In this document: positions 9,100-18,652 of the stretch, piece by piece
Position numbering within the stretch: the stretch's first letter is position 1
How the letters are laid out: each line of letters starts with the position of its first letter
Assembly: GCA_963664825.1 (NCBI GenBank)
Contig: OY761614.1
Coordinates: 2,720,001-2,784,000, forward strand
DNA: 64,000 nucleotides
From: an uncultured Holophaga sp.
Lineage (GTDB): Bacteria > Acidobacteriota > Holophagae > Holophagales > Holophagaceae
Direction: 5' to 3'
Translations under genes and position numbers: made by a program
Notes under the pieces: generated by a model
Databases searched by the model: none
The model's input: the letters and a program-made list of their open reading frames with translations, nothing else
Told to the model about the DNA's origin: nothing

Positions 9100-9879
9100 C
9101 TACTCGCCCCGGAAGACGGGCGCTCGCTTCTCCAGGAAGGACTGGATGCCCTCCCGGTAGTCCCGGCCTTCATACACCTTGCGCCGCAGGCCCTGGATGC
9201 TCTCGAACATGTTGGGGGGCAGGGGGCTGGCGTTGCCCAGGAGGCGGAAGCTCTCCTTCATGGCGGCGATGGAGAGGGGACTATTGCGGGTGATCTTCTC
9301 GGCCAGATCGAAGGTGAAGGCCTCCAGATCCTCGCTGGGGCGCAGGTGGTTGAGGATGCCCACTTCCAGCGCCCGCTGGGCCGGGATGGGCTGGGCGCTG
9401 AAGAACATCTCCTTGGCGGTGTTGATGCCCAGGATGTTCATGAAGCGCAGGAGACCGCTGGGATTGTACGGCACGCCGATCTTGGCTGGGGTCATGGTGA
9501 ACTGGGCCTGGGGGCTGCCGATGAGGACATCGCAGGTGAGGGCCACATCGCAGGCCCCGCCCCACACGCTGCCATCGATCATGGCGATGACGGGCATGGG
9601 CAGGTGCTGGATCTCCCGCAGGATGCGCACCAGCGGATCGTCGTAGCCCAGCGGGTCCCGACCGGGCAGGGGCAGTTCCCGCACATCGTGGCCGGAGCTC
9701 CAGACCTTGGCGCCCTCGAAGGCCCGCAGGATGATGACCCGAGCCCGGGCCTCGCGCATCTCCTCGAAGGCGTCGAACATCTCGCTGATCATCGTCTCCG
9801 AGAGCGCGTTGCGGTGCTCGGGATGATCCATGGTGACGGTGCCGATGAAGCCGTCGAGGTGGCTCTGGATCATGGCCAT
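9100..9879 (-). CDS. scpB: Biotin-independent methylmalonyl-CoA decarboxylase (crotonase family)
   Basis: KVWSSGHDVRELP..GRDPLGYDDPL, GSVWGGA, MTPAKIGVPYN are ScpB-type signatures. Confidence 0.88.
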   Translation of the reverse strand: MAMIQSHLDGFIGTVTMDHPEHRNALSETMISEMFDAFEEMREARARVIILRAFEGAKVWSSGHDVRELPLPGRDPLGYDDPLVRILREIQHLPMPVIAMIDGSVWGGACDVALTCDVLIGSPQAQFTMTPAKIGVPYNPSGLLRFMNILGINTAKEMFFSAQPIPAQRALEVGILNHLRPSEDLEAFTFDLAEKITRNSPLSIAAMKESFRLLGNASPLPPNMFESIQGLRRKVYEGRDYREGIQSFLEKRAPVFRGE

Positions 9880-9912
9880 GGGGCCTCCCTTAGGGCTGGG
9901 GTCGTGGATGGG

Positions 9913-10389
9913 TCAAGGCTTGATGGGTTCCCAGCGGGTGCGCGCCAGCCAGACCATGACTTCCCGGCCCTGGTCGTCCTTGCCCGCATACTGCAATTTC
10001 ACGGGGCCCTGGGCGTCCTTGCGGGTCACTTTGACGCCAGTCCCCTGGCCCTCCGTGAGAAGCCTGTAGAGGCCTTCGCAGCTGCCCAGCTGGGGCAGGA
10101 AGGGCAGGGGCAGGGCGCCGAGGCTCAGGGCCTTCTCGTCCACGTGCTGCCTGGGGATCTGCACGTGGTATCCGCTGCCCCGGTCTCCGGTGAGCAAGAC
10201 CAGGCGTTCGCCCAGGCCATGGACCTCCAGGATGATCCTGCCGGTGGAGGGGTCCACCAGGAGACTGAGGGTGCCCTTTCCTTCTCCATCGGCCCCGGCA
10301 TAGCCCCACCCGTACTGGGCCCGGAGGGGTTGGGAAGGGGTGGGCGCAGGGGCTTGGGCGAGCTGGGCGGGGGGAACTAGAAAAATCAC
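9913..10389 (-). CDS. Hypothetical periplasmic protein, LolB-like
   Basis: GTG start overlaps the TPR gene stop. Beta-rich pattern ending in LPLP; position matches the TPR-lolB gene order. Confidence 0.55.
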   Translation of the reverse strand: MIFLVPPAQLAQAPAPTPSQPLRAQYGWGYAGADGEGKGTLSLLVDPSTGRIILEVHGLGERLVLLTGDRGSGYHVQIPRQHVDEKALSLGALPLPFLPQLGSCEGLYRLLTEGQGTGVKVTRKDAQGPVKLQYAGKDDQGREVMVWLARTRWEPIKP

Positions 10390-12290
10390 AGGTCGTCATC
10401 CTCTAGGTCGGGCTCGGGCGAAGCCGGTTCTTCTGGATTGGGCTGGATGGCTTCCGCATGTTTCTTGGCGATCCGCGTGCGGAGCTCCCGGGCCCGCTCC
10501 TCCAGGGCCTTGCGGTCCGGGAAGGCATAGGCCAGGGCGCGTTCCCATTGATCGAGGGCTTCCTCCAGGCGCCCCAGGGCCAGGAGGGCATCCCCGAGAT
10601 GCCGCCGGGTTTCCGGGCTGAAGGGGGAGAGCTCGGCGGCCTTGCGCAGGGCCTCTTCGGCCTCTTTGAGCTTGCCCTGACGGAAGAGGGCCCAGCCCCA
10701 GCTATCCATGGTGCTGCCATTCTTGGGGTCCTGCTTGAGGGAAGCCTCGATGAGGGTGGAGGCCTCCTGGAGATCCCCGCCCTTCTCCAGCAGCAGGTAG
10801 CCCAGGTTGTTCTGCAGCATGGGGTGGCCGGGATTCATCCGCTGGCCCTCCCGGAGGATCTGCATGGCCTCGTCCAGGCGCCCCAGTTCCTGGAGCGCGT
10901 TGCCCTGGAGAAGCAGCAGCTCGATATCCCGCACCGGCGCGGCCTTCCGGGCCAGGAGGACGAATTCCAGGCAGCGGTCCCAGCGCCGGAATTCGGCCAG
11001 CAGATTGGCCATGACCTCCAGATCGAGCTGGGTGAGGGTCCTCCGGGATTCCTTCTTGGCGAAGAAACCCTCTTCGAAGCGATCGGCGGGGATGCTCCGG
11101 GCCAGCTGGAAGATGCCCAGATCCGGGAACTGGCTCATACCCTCCCGGAGCACCTGCCGGGCCTGCTTCCAGGACTGGGTCTGGATGTAGGCCTGGGCCC
11201 GCAGGGCCAGGAGCTCCGGCTGCTTTTCTGTTTCGGGCCAGCTTTTGAGGAGCTCCAGCAGTTCCTGGGTGCGCCCGTCCAGCAGCAGGGAGGTGGCCAG
11301 GTGGGCGCGGGCGCTGGAGGCCAACTGCTCGTCCTCCTTGGTGAAACGCTGGGTCTTGAGCACGGCCTGCCAGCGCGGTTCCGCCTCCCTGAAGCGCCCC
11401 AGGTTCATGAGGCACAGGCCCGTGTGGTAGTTCCCCCGGGAGGTGGGGCGGAGTGCCTCGGCCCGCCGGAGGGTCTCCAGGGCCTCTTCGAAGCGGGCGG
11501 TCCGCATCTGGATGAGGGCCACGTTGTCCCAGACTGCGGGTTCCTTGGGCAGGTGATGGCCCAACAGGGCAAAGCTCTCCTCGGCATGGCCCAGGAAGCC
11601 CTTTTCCACCTGCTCCCGGGCCAGGTCTTCCAGGAGGCGGAGGGCATGGGCATCGGGGTATTTGCCCTGGCAGAGGGCCAGGACAGCCTCCCGCCGGGCT
11701 TCGTAGTTCTTGAGGGTCTCGGCCAGGGTGGCCACCCGCTCCCAGGCGATATCACCCAGATCCTTGCCCTGGATGGAGAAGGGGGGGTGCAGCCGCCCCA
11801 CGCGGATCCAGGCCTTCATGGCGACCGCGTCGTCCTTGCGGGTTTCGGCCACTTCGGCCAGGCGGGTCAGGAGCTCCACATCCGTGGGCATGAGGGCCGT
11901 GGCCTTCTGAAGGGCCTTCTGGGCCAGGGGTTGGGCCTCCGGGAGCTTCCTGCTCCGCAGGTAGTGGAGCATCCCCAGGTGGCCCCAGGCCTCTGCGCTG
12001 AAGGGCGCCAGTTCCGTGGCCCGGATGCCCGGCGCCACGGCGCCCTCCAGATCACCGGATTCCAGGAGGGCCTCGGAAAGCCGCAGGTGGGCTTCGGCGC
12101 TCTGGGGTTCCAGGGCGGCGGCTTTGCGATAGAGCAGCACGGCCTGGGCCGGATCATCTCCGCCCCCCCGTCCCTGCAAGGCCCTGCCCTGGAGGATGAG
12201 GGCTCGCGGGTCCTCGGGAGTCTGGGCGGCCAGGGAACAGTCCACCATGCCCAGCAGAACGGGAACGATCAGCGATTTCAATGAGTGCAC
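10386..12290 (-). CDS. Exported multi-TPR protein
   Basis: Signal-like N-terminus and many TPRs. C-terminal NNLGY...DSWGWALFRQG...HLGDAL pattern. Confidence 0.9.
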   Translation of the reverse strand: MHSLKSLIVPVLLGMVDCSLAAQTPEDPRALILQGRALQGRGGGDDPAQAVLLYRKAAALEPQSAEAHLRLSEALLESGDLEGAVAPGIRATELAPFSAEAWGHLGMLHYLRSRKLPEAQPLAQKALQKATALMPTDVELLTRLAEVAETRKDDAVAMKAWIRVGRLHPPFSIQGKDLGDIAWERVATLAETLKNYEARREAVLALCQGKYPDAHALRLLEDLAREQVEKGFLGHAEESFALLGHHLPKEPAVWDNVALIQMRTARFEEALETLRRAEALRPTSRGNYHTGLCLMNLGRFREAEPRWQAVLKTQRFTKEDEQLASSARAHLATSLLLDGRTQELLELLKSWPETEKQPELLALRAQAYIQTQSWKQARQVLREGMSQFPDLGIFQLARSIPADRFEEGFFAKKESRRTLTQLDLEVMANLLAEFRRWDRCLEFVLLARKAAPVRDIELLLLQGNALQELGRLDEAMQILREGQRMNPGHPMLQNNLGYLLLEKGGDLQEASTLIEASLKQDPKNGSTMDSWGWALFRQGKLKEAEEALRKAAELSPFSPETRRHLGDALLALGRLEEALDQWERALAYAFPDRKALEERARELRTRIAKKHAEAIQPNPEEPASPEPDLEDDDL

Positions 12291-12299
12291 GTCATCGTC

Positions 12300-13328
12300 T
12301 CAGGAAAGGGAAGCCAATAGTCGGGCATGGGCAGCGCCCCAGGCTTCGGCCGGGAGGAAGCGCAACTCGGCGGAGCTTCCGGGTCGGGGCAGAACGCAGT
12401 GTATCGCCCCCTCGGTTCCCCGAGAGACTGCCTTTTTGTCCCGGACTAGCCAGGGGAGGCATCGGTCCCAGGAGGCGATCTCTGGGGCCAGGGGGGCTAG
12501 GCGCTGAACGCAGCGCTGGAGCAGGTCTGCGGGGAAGGGAGGGAATCCTTGGGCTTCGGCCAGGAAACAGGCCGCCAGGGTGCCGAGGCCCACGGCTTCC
12601 CCGTGGAGGAGTCGGTACTCGGAAGCCGCTTCCAGCGCGTGTCCCAGGGTGTGGCCCAGGTTCAGGAGCTTGCGCTCCCCGGATTCCCGCAGATCCCGGT
12701 GGACGTGGCGGGCCTTGATGGAAAGGGCGCGCACGAGGGAGGCTTCCGAAGGCCTGGGTTCGTCTAAAATCTGCCCGGCCCAGGCCCCGTCGCCCACCAG
12801 GAGGGCGGTTTTAAGCAGTTCCCAGCGGCCGGATGCGAGGTGTCGGGCCGGAAGGGATTCCAGGAAGTCCCTGCACACCACCAAGCGCTGGGGTGGGTGG
12901 AAGGCGCCGGCCAGGTTCTTCCCGGCCGACAGATTGACGGCGGTCTTGCCCCCCAGACCGGCGTCGACCTGGGCCAGCAGGGTGGTGGGCCAGGCCTGCC
13001 AGGCCAGGCCCCGGAGGAAGAGGGAGGCCGCCAGTCCCACCATGTCCGTGAGGACGCCGCCCCCTAAGGCCACCACCACCGCATCCCTGTGCAGGGGGAG
13101 GGTGGCCCAGTGTTCCAGCCAGGGCAGGAGGGTCTCCAGACGCTTGTGGGATTCCTCCACCCGCACCCAGAGGGTGCCCGGGGGCTCCGGCAGGGCCGAG
13201 TTCCGCCAAAACGGGCGCAGGGCCTCATCCCCGATGAGCACCCAGGGACCCTCGGGTAGCAGACCGGCCGTGGGCGCGTCCAGGACATGGACCTCGGTGG
13301 GGAAGGATGCGGGAAGGGGTAATCTCAT
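12300..13328 (-). CDS. aroB: 3-dehydroquinate synthase
   Basis: ALGGGVLTD, PTTLLAQVDAGLGGKTAVN, GKNLAGAFH, LNLGHTLGHALE, HGEAV. Confidence 0.95.
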   Translation of the reverse strand: MRLPLPASFPTEVHVLDAPTAGLLPEGPWVLIGDEALRPFWRNSALPEPPGTLWVRVEESHKRLETLLPWLEHWATLPLHRDAVVVALGGGVLTDMVGLAASLFLRGLAWQAWPTTLLAQVDAGLGGKTAVNLSAGKNLAGAFHPPQRLVVCRDFLESLPARHLASGRWELLKTALLVGDGAWAGQILDEPRPSEASLVRALSIKARHVHRDLRESGERKLLNLGHTLGHALEAASEYRLLHGEAVGLGTLAACFLAEAQGFPPFPADLLQRCVQRLAPLAPEIASWDRCLPWLVRDKKAVSRGTEGAIHCVLPRPGSSAELRFLPAEAWGAAHARLLASLS

Positions 13329-13333
13329 GGGGC

Positions 13334-13852
13334 TCAGAGGCGTTCCCTGTATGCGTCCACGTCGCCGGGATCCTTCTGAAACTTTTCCACGAACTGGTCC
13401 AGCTCGATGTAGCGGTCGGCGATATCCATCACGCGGTTGGCCATGGCGCTGCGGAAGCCGGCCACCTCCACCCGGATGCCCTTCTGGGCCAGGGCCGTCA
13501 GGGGATAGGCGAAGTCCTCGTCGCCGCTCACCAGGATCACCAGGTCCAGCTTGTCGGCGTAGCTCAGCATATCGGTGGTGATCTCGACTTCGAGGTTGGC
13601 GCTCCGGGTGCCATCGCGCTCGATCTTCACGGCCTTTTGCACCACCCGGAAGCCATTGCGGCGCATCCAGTGGAGGAAGCCCCGCTGGCGATCCGCCCCC
13701 TCGTCGACGCCCGTGTAGAAAAAGGCCCGCAGGAGTTCGCGGTCCTCACCCACCAGGAAAGTCAGCAATCTGGCGTAGTCCAGCTCGAAGCCCAGCTGGC
13801 GGGCGGAATGGAAGATGTTATTGCCATCGATGAAAACCGCACAGCGCATCAA
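13334..13852 (-). CDS. NYN domain (LabA/DUF88) protein
   Basis: AVFIDGNN, LVSGDEDF, GIRVEV, ADRYIEL. Confidence 0.9.
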   Translation of the reverse strand: MMRCAVFIDGNNIFHSARQLGFELDYARLLTFLVGEDRELLRAFFYTGVDEGADRQRGFLHWMRRNGFRVVQKAVKIERDGTRSANLEVEITTDMLSYADKLDLVILVSGDEDFAYPLTALAQKGIRVEVAGFRSAMANRVMDIADRYIELDQFVEKFQKDPGDVDAYRERL

Positions 13853-14028
13853 GAGAGGGATCCTTCTATCAAGGGGAGGCGAGCCTCCGGGAACGGGAAT
13901 AGGCGCCTGTCATGGCCCAGCTCCATGATGCCAGGGCAGAGGACAATCATCGCAGACCGGCGGACTCTGCTGGGTCAGGTGCCTCCTTTCATGGCATGGC
14001 AACCCCCTGGCCGTGGAAGAATGGCTCC

Positions 14029-15801
14029 ATGGCCGACACCTTCTTCCAGAGTGACCAGGTCGATCAGCAGCCCATGCGTCACACGCTGCTCTTCCGGCTG
14101 GTGGGATACCTGAAACCCTACTGGTTCTCCCTGCTGGTGCTGCTGGTGCTGATGGTGGCCGGGGCCGTCTTGGAGGTGCTGCCCAGCGAATTCACCCTCC
14201 GGCTCATCGATCACCATCTGGCCAAGGGCTCCCTCGCCGGGGCGGGGCCCCTCATTGGGGCCTTCTTCGGCTTCCTGGCCCTGGCCTTCCTGGTCAATAT
14301 CACCCGCTACCTCCTGCTGGGATGGGTGGGCCAGATGGCGATGCTCGATCTGCGGATGCAGCTCTTCGCCCACCTCATGCGCCGGAGCACCCACTTCTTC
14401 CACCGGAACCCCGTGGGCCGCCTGATGACTCGGGTGATCAGCGATGTGCAGAACCTCAACGAGATGTTCTCCTCGGGTTTCGTGGCCATCGTGGGGGACG
14501 CGCTTTCGCTCTTGGCCATCGTGCTCTGGATGTTCAGCAAACACGTGGGCCTGGCGGCCGTGGCCCTGGCGATCCTGCCGGTGCTCCTCATCGCCACGGA
14601 AGTCTTCCGCCGCCACGCCGGAGACGCCTTCCGGGAGACCCAAGGGCGCTATGCCGCCATCCAGGCTTATCTCCAGGAGCAGCTCTCGGGCATGAGCCTG
14701 GTCCAGCTCAATGCTCGGGAGGCCCAGAGCCGCTCGGTCTTCACGGGGCTGAACCAGAAGTACCTCGCGGCCTTCATCCGCACGATCTTCGCCTATGCGG
14801 TCTTCTTCCCAGTGGTGGAATTCATCACCAGCGCCACCCTGGCGGCCCTCATCTTCTACGCGGGCTTCAAACTGCAGAGCGGGGCCCTCACCCTGGGCCT
14901 GCTCCTGGCCTTCATCCAGCAATCGGCCCGCTTCTTCAGGCCCATCCGGGAGCTGGCGGAGCGCTATAACGTCATGCAGACGGCCATGGCTTCCAGCGAG
15001 CGCATCTTCCGCCTCCTGGATAACCGCGAGGAGATCCCCGAGGCCCCGGATCCCAAGCCCGCGCGCTTCCAGCAGGAACTCCGCTTCGAGGAGGTCTCCT
15101 TTGCCTACGAAGAAAAGGGACGGCGGGTGGTGCAGCAGTTCTCCGGGGCCATTCCCAAGGGCCGCCGCATCGCCGTGGTGGGCCATACGGGAGCTGGCAA
15201 GAGCACCCTCATCAATCTGCTCATGCGTTTCTACGACGTGGCCGAGGGGCGCATCCTGCTGGATGGGATCGATCTGCGCGAGCTGCGCCTGAAGGAATTG
15301 CGGGCGCTCTTCGGCCTGGTACTCCAGGACGTGTTCATCTTCTCCGGCACCCTGGAGGACAACATCCTCCTGGAAAGGCCCCGGGACGCCCGGCGCCTGC
15401 AATTGGTGCTGGAACAGAGCCAGTTGGACGACCTGGTGGGCCGCCTGCCCGAGGGGCTCCAGACCCAGGTGGGCGAGCGGGGGCAGAAGCTCTCGGCCGG
15501 CGAACGCCAGCTGGTGGCCTTCGCCCGGATGCTCTACGAAGAACCCGCCATCTTGCTGCTGGATGAGGCCACGGCCAATATCGATAGCGAAACCGAGCAC
15601 AAGATCCAGACCGTCATCGAGCGGGTCAGCCACCGCCTGACCACCTTCACCATCGCCCACCGCCTGAGCACCATCAAGGATGCCGACGAGATCTGGGTGA
15701 TGGACCAGGGGCGCCTGATCGAACGGGGCACCCACGAGACCCTGATGGACCAGGATGGCCACTACGCCAAGCTCGTGAGGCTCCAGTTCAGCGAGGCTTG
15801 A
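14029..15801 (+). CDS. ABC exporter, fused permease/ATP-binding
   Basis: TM domain; GHTGAGKST Walker A, LSAGERQ signature, LLLDEATANID. Confidence 0.95.
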   Translation: MADTFFQSDQVDQQPMRHTLLFRLVGYLKPYWFSLLVLLVLMVAGAVLEVLPSEFTLRLIDHHLAKGSLAGAGPLIGAFFGFLALAFLVNITRYLLLGWVGQMAMLDLRMQLFAHLMRRSTHFFHRNPVGRLMTRVISDVQNLNEMFSSGFVAIVGDALSLLAIVLWMFSKHVGLAAVALAILPVLLIATEVFRRHAGDAFRETQGRYAAIQAYLQEQLSGMSLVQLNAREAQSRSVFTGLNQKYLAAFIRTIFAYAVFFPVVEFITSATLAALIFYAGFKLQSGALTLGLLLAFIQQSARFFRPIRELAERYNVMQTAMASSERIFRLLDNREEIPEAPDPKPARFQQELRFEEVSFAYEEKGRRVVQQFSGAIPKGRRIAVVGHTGAGKSTLINLLMRFYDVAEGRILLDGIDLRELRLKELRALFGLVLQDVFIFSGTLEDNILLERPRDARRLQLVLEQSQLDDLVGRLPEGLQTQVGERGQKLSAGERQLVAFARMLYEEPAILLLDEATANIDSETEHKIQTVIERVSHRLTTFTIAHRLSTIKDADEIWVMDQGRLIERGTHETLMDQDGHYAKLVRLQFSEA

Positions 15802-15870
15802 TCCGAACGCTGAATCCGGTTCCCAGTTGCCTGCCACAAAGCCCGTGCTGAAGGGCGAAGCGGATGCGGG

Positions 15871-17160
15871 TCACGAGTGGGCAGCCCGGTGGGCTGTCCC
15901 GAGTGGGGCCCCGCATCGCTGAGCATCACTTTCAAGGGAACCGGCGGCATGCCCCGTGCTGAAGGCCGCCTGGAGGTTGTAGCCTCCCACCGGTCCATCG
16001 ATATCCAGGAGTTCGCCGCAGACCCGCAGGTTCTCCCAGCCCTTCAGGGCCATGGTGTGCGGATCCACCGCCTCCAGGCAGACGCCTCCGGCGGCCACTT
16101 CCCCCCGGGAGAGTGGCACGGCCTTGGGTTCGCCCAGGGGAAAGCCGCGCACCAGGGAGATCACTTGGCGCCGGGCCTCCCGGGGCAGATCCTTCATGCG
16201 CTGATCCCCGGAGAGGCCCAGACCCGTGATGGCAGGCAGGCAGAGGCGCTCGGGCAGGAGGCGCTGGAGCCAGGTGCGCAGGGCCAGATGGGGGTTGCCG
16301 CTCTGGAGGCGCTGGAGTTCCATATCCAGCGCCTCTTCGCTGGCCGGGCTCAGCGCGTATTCGAGCCAGGCGGCCCCCGCCCGGCGAGAGGCTTCCACCT
16401 CCCGACTCAGCCCCAGGGCGGCCGGGCCGCTGATGCCGTTGCGGGTGAAGAGCAGATCGCCCGGGCATCCCGCGAGGCGCTTGCCCCCCTGGCCCGCGCG
16501 CAGGTGAAGCGTGCCTCCCCGCAGGGCCACGCCTTCCCATGGGGGATGGGGCCGCGCCAGGGGCACGGGGGCGAGCGCCGGACACCAGGGCTTCACGGGA
16601 ATGCCGAGCCCCTTCAGGGCCTCCAGCAGCTCGCCCCGGGACCCGGTCTCCGGGTAGCTGGCCCCTCCTGCGGCCAGCACGAAGAGATCGGCCCTCAGGC
16701 ACACGCCATCCGCCAGCTCGAGGGCCTCCATGCGGGGGGCCTCGCCCCGCAGTCCCCGCACCCGTGCGTGCAGGCGCACATCCACACCGGCGCGATGCAG
16801 GAGCGTTTCGAATACCGTCACCACATCCATGGCCGAACCTGGGCGATCCAGAGGGAAGACCCGGCCGTTCTCGCGCACATAGGTCTCCACGCCTTCCCGG
16901 CCCAGGAGGGTGCGGAGTTCTTCGCTGCCGAAGGCGTGGAAGGCCGGTCGCAGGAAGCGGGCCTGTTCCTTGCCGAAGGGGGTCAGTACGTCCTTGACCG
17001 AACCGGTGTGGGTGAGATTGCACTTGCCGCCGCCGCTGATGCGCAGTTTCACGCCCAGGCGTCCGTTGCCTTCGAGGAGGGTCACGGCGTGGCCGAGGGC
17101 CGCGGCCCGCCAGGCCGCCATCATGCCCGCCGCCCCACCGCCCAGCACCATCACATGCAT
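15871..17160 (-). CDS. HI0933/YhiN (BaiN-like) flavoprotein oxidoreductase
   Basis: GGGAAGMMAA, KLRISGGGKCNLT, GRVFP, GELLDIDGPVGGYNLQAAFSTG. Confidence 0.93.
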   Translation of the reverse strand: MHVMVLGGGAAGMMAAWRAAALGHAVTLLEGNGRLGVKLRISGGGKCNLTHTGSVKDVLTPFGKEQARFLRPAFHAFGSEELRTLLGREGVETYVRENGRVFPLDRPGSAMDVVTVFETLLHRAGVDVRLHARVRGLRGEAPRMEALELADGVCLRADLFVLAAGGASYPETGSRGELLEALKGLGIPVKPWCPALAPVPLARPHPPWEGVALRGGTLHLRAGQGGKRLAGCPGDLLFTRNGISGPAALGLSREVEASRRAGAAWLEYALSPASEEALDMELQRLQSGNPHLALRTWLQRLLPERLCLPAITGLGLSGDQRMKDLPREARRQVISLVRGFPLGEPKAVPLSRGEVAAGGVCLEAVDPHTMALKGWENLRVCGELLDIDGPVGGYNLQAAFSTGHAAGSLESDAQRCGAPLGTAHRAAHS

Positions 17161-17170
17161 GGAGAATCCT

Positions 17171-18442
17171 TCAGGACTGGAGCATCTGGGCCAATTTGCC
17201 GAGGATGGCGGTGGCCGAGGCCTTCCGGGGCACCATCATCCCCACCAGCGGGCCCTTGAACCCCACCTGGCGCAGGGCGGCCATGCGCGCTTCGAGCTTC
17301 GCCTTGTCCAGCCCCGGCAGGACCACGACGAAGGAGCGCTCCGCCACCCGGCAGATGGCTTCCCCCGGAAGCAGGGTGGAGTTCAGCAGTTTTGCCGTCC
17401 CATCGATGGCCTCTTTCGAGGCGGTCCATTCTTTGGAGGCAGGCCCGCCGCCGGCGGCCATGAGGGCGAGGGGCAGCTCCGTTTTCGCGAGGGTCTTCTG
17501 GAGCAGCTCCAGGTGAGCCTCCAGGAAGGCATCGGTGAAGGCACCGGTCTGGGGATCCAGCAGCAGATGCTTGCCGGTGCCGAAGCGATTCATGTCCCGC
17601 TCCCGGAGCAGGGCCCCGTGGCGCAGGAGCACCTCCACCCTCACCCTCAGCTCCGCGGGCTGGAAGGGCTTGGTGAGGTAGTCGATGGGCCCATCACCCG
17701 AAAGGATCTCCTTTCCCAGGGCGCTGGGGGCGCAGAGGATGAGCACAGGCAGATCGCGGCTGCGGGCGTAGTTGCGCAGGTGCGCGGCGAAGGCCGTGCC
17801 GCTGCCGTCCGAAAGCTGATGATCCAGGATCATGAGATCCGGTAGGCCAGAGCCCAGATGCTTGACGCAAGCCTGGAGGCTTTCGGCGCCCTGGGCGTCG
17901 TGGCCCAGGCCACGCAGTTCCCCGAGCATGGTTTCCCGGAGACCGGGTTCGGATTCCACCAGCAGGATTCGTGCGGGTTTGTTCTTCTCCCACTGCCAGT
18001 CCCGCTGCCGGGTCTGAAGGCGTCGGCGCTCCGCCAGCAGGCTCTTGATGAGGAGATGACTGCGGATCCGGGAACGCAGTTCCACGAAATTGGTCGGCTT
18101 ATTGAGAAAATCGTCGGCGCCACAGGCGAAGCTCTGTTCCTTGGCCGCGCCCTGGAGGGATGTGAGATGGATCACCGGGATATCGTGGGTCTCCAGGTTG
18201 CCCTTGATGCGACGGCAGACCTCCAGGCCGTCCATGCGAGGCATCACGATATCGAGCAGCACCAGATCCGGGTGGGTCTTATCCAGCACCTCCAGGGCCT
18301 CGATGCCGTCGTTGGCGAAGAGCAGGCGGCAGCCCAGGCGCGAGAGTTGGGCCTCCATGTAGCGCCGGACCACGGGGTCGTCGTCCACCACGAGGATGGC
18401 TCGGAGGGCCGTGTCATCGGTATCGATTGTCTGAAAATCCAT
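17171..18442 (-). CDS. PleD-like regulator: REC-REC plus degenerate GGDEF
   Basis: Two receiver domains and DPQTG. The A-site reads RVAERSF. The start could be 18479. Confidence 0.85.
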   Translation of the reverse strand: MDFQTIDTDDTALRAILVVDDDPVVRRYMEAQLSRLGCRLLFANDGIEALEVLDKTHPDLVLLDIVMPRMDGLEVCRRIKGNLETHDIPVIHLTSLQGAAKEQSFACGADDFLNKPTNFVELRSRIRSHLLIKSLLAERRRLQTRQRDWQWEKNKPARILLVESEPGLRETMLGELRGLGHDAQGAESLQACVKHLGSGLPDLMILDHQLSDGSGTAFAAHLRNYARSRDLPVLILCAPSALGKEILSGDGPIDYLTKPFQPAELRVRVEVLLRHGALLRERDMNRFGTGKHLLLDPQTGAFTDAFLEAHLELLQKTLAKTELPLALMAAGGGPASKEWTASKEAIDGTAKLLNSTLLPGEAICRVAERSFVVVLPGLDKAKLEARMAALRQVGFKGPLVGMMVPRKASATAILGKLAQMLQS

Positions 18443-18530
18443 GTCCCGATTGTGCCGCTCGGGGAAGGTGGCGTCCATGGCTGGGATAGAATCGAAAGTT
18501 CCTGGTCGTCTCCGGAGTCGCGCATGCATT

Positions 18531-18652
18531 CGAAACCCCTTGTAGGCATCCACTCGGTATCCGCTGCGCGGATGCGCGAGACCCCTGTGCCCATCCCGAC
18601 GTCCCCTTCGAACACCCCGAGGTTCCGATGACGAAACCCCTTGTAGGCATCC
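18531..18652 (+). repeat. 21-bp direct repeat duplicating the 5' end of purE
   Basis: CGAAACCCCTTGTAGGCATCC at 18531-18551 and 18632-18652. Confidence 0.9.

Noticed and set aside
13334..13852. NYN nuclease as toxin or defence gene
   Set aside because: It is a LabA/DUF88-type protein heading a housekeeping operon with aroB, with no antitoxin or defence context.
18531..18652. CRISPR-like repeat pair
   Set aside because: There are only two copies, the spacer is 80 bp, one copy is purE coding sequence, and there are no cas genes.
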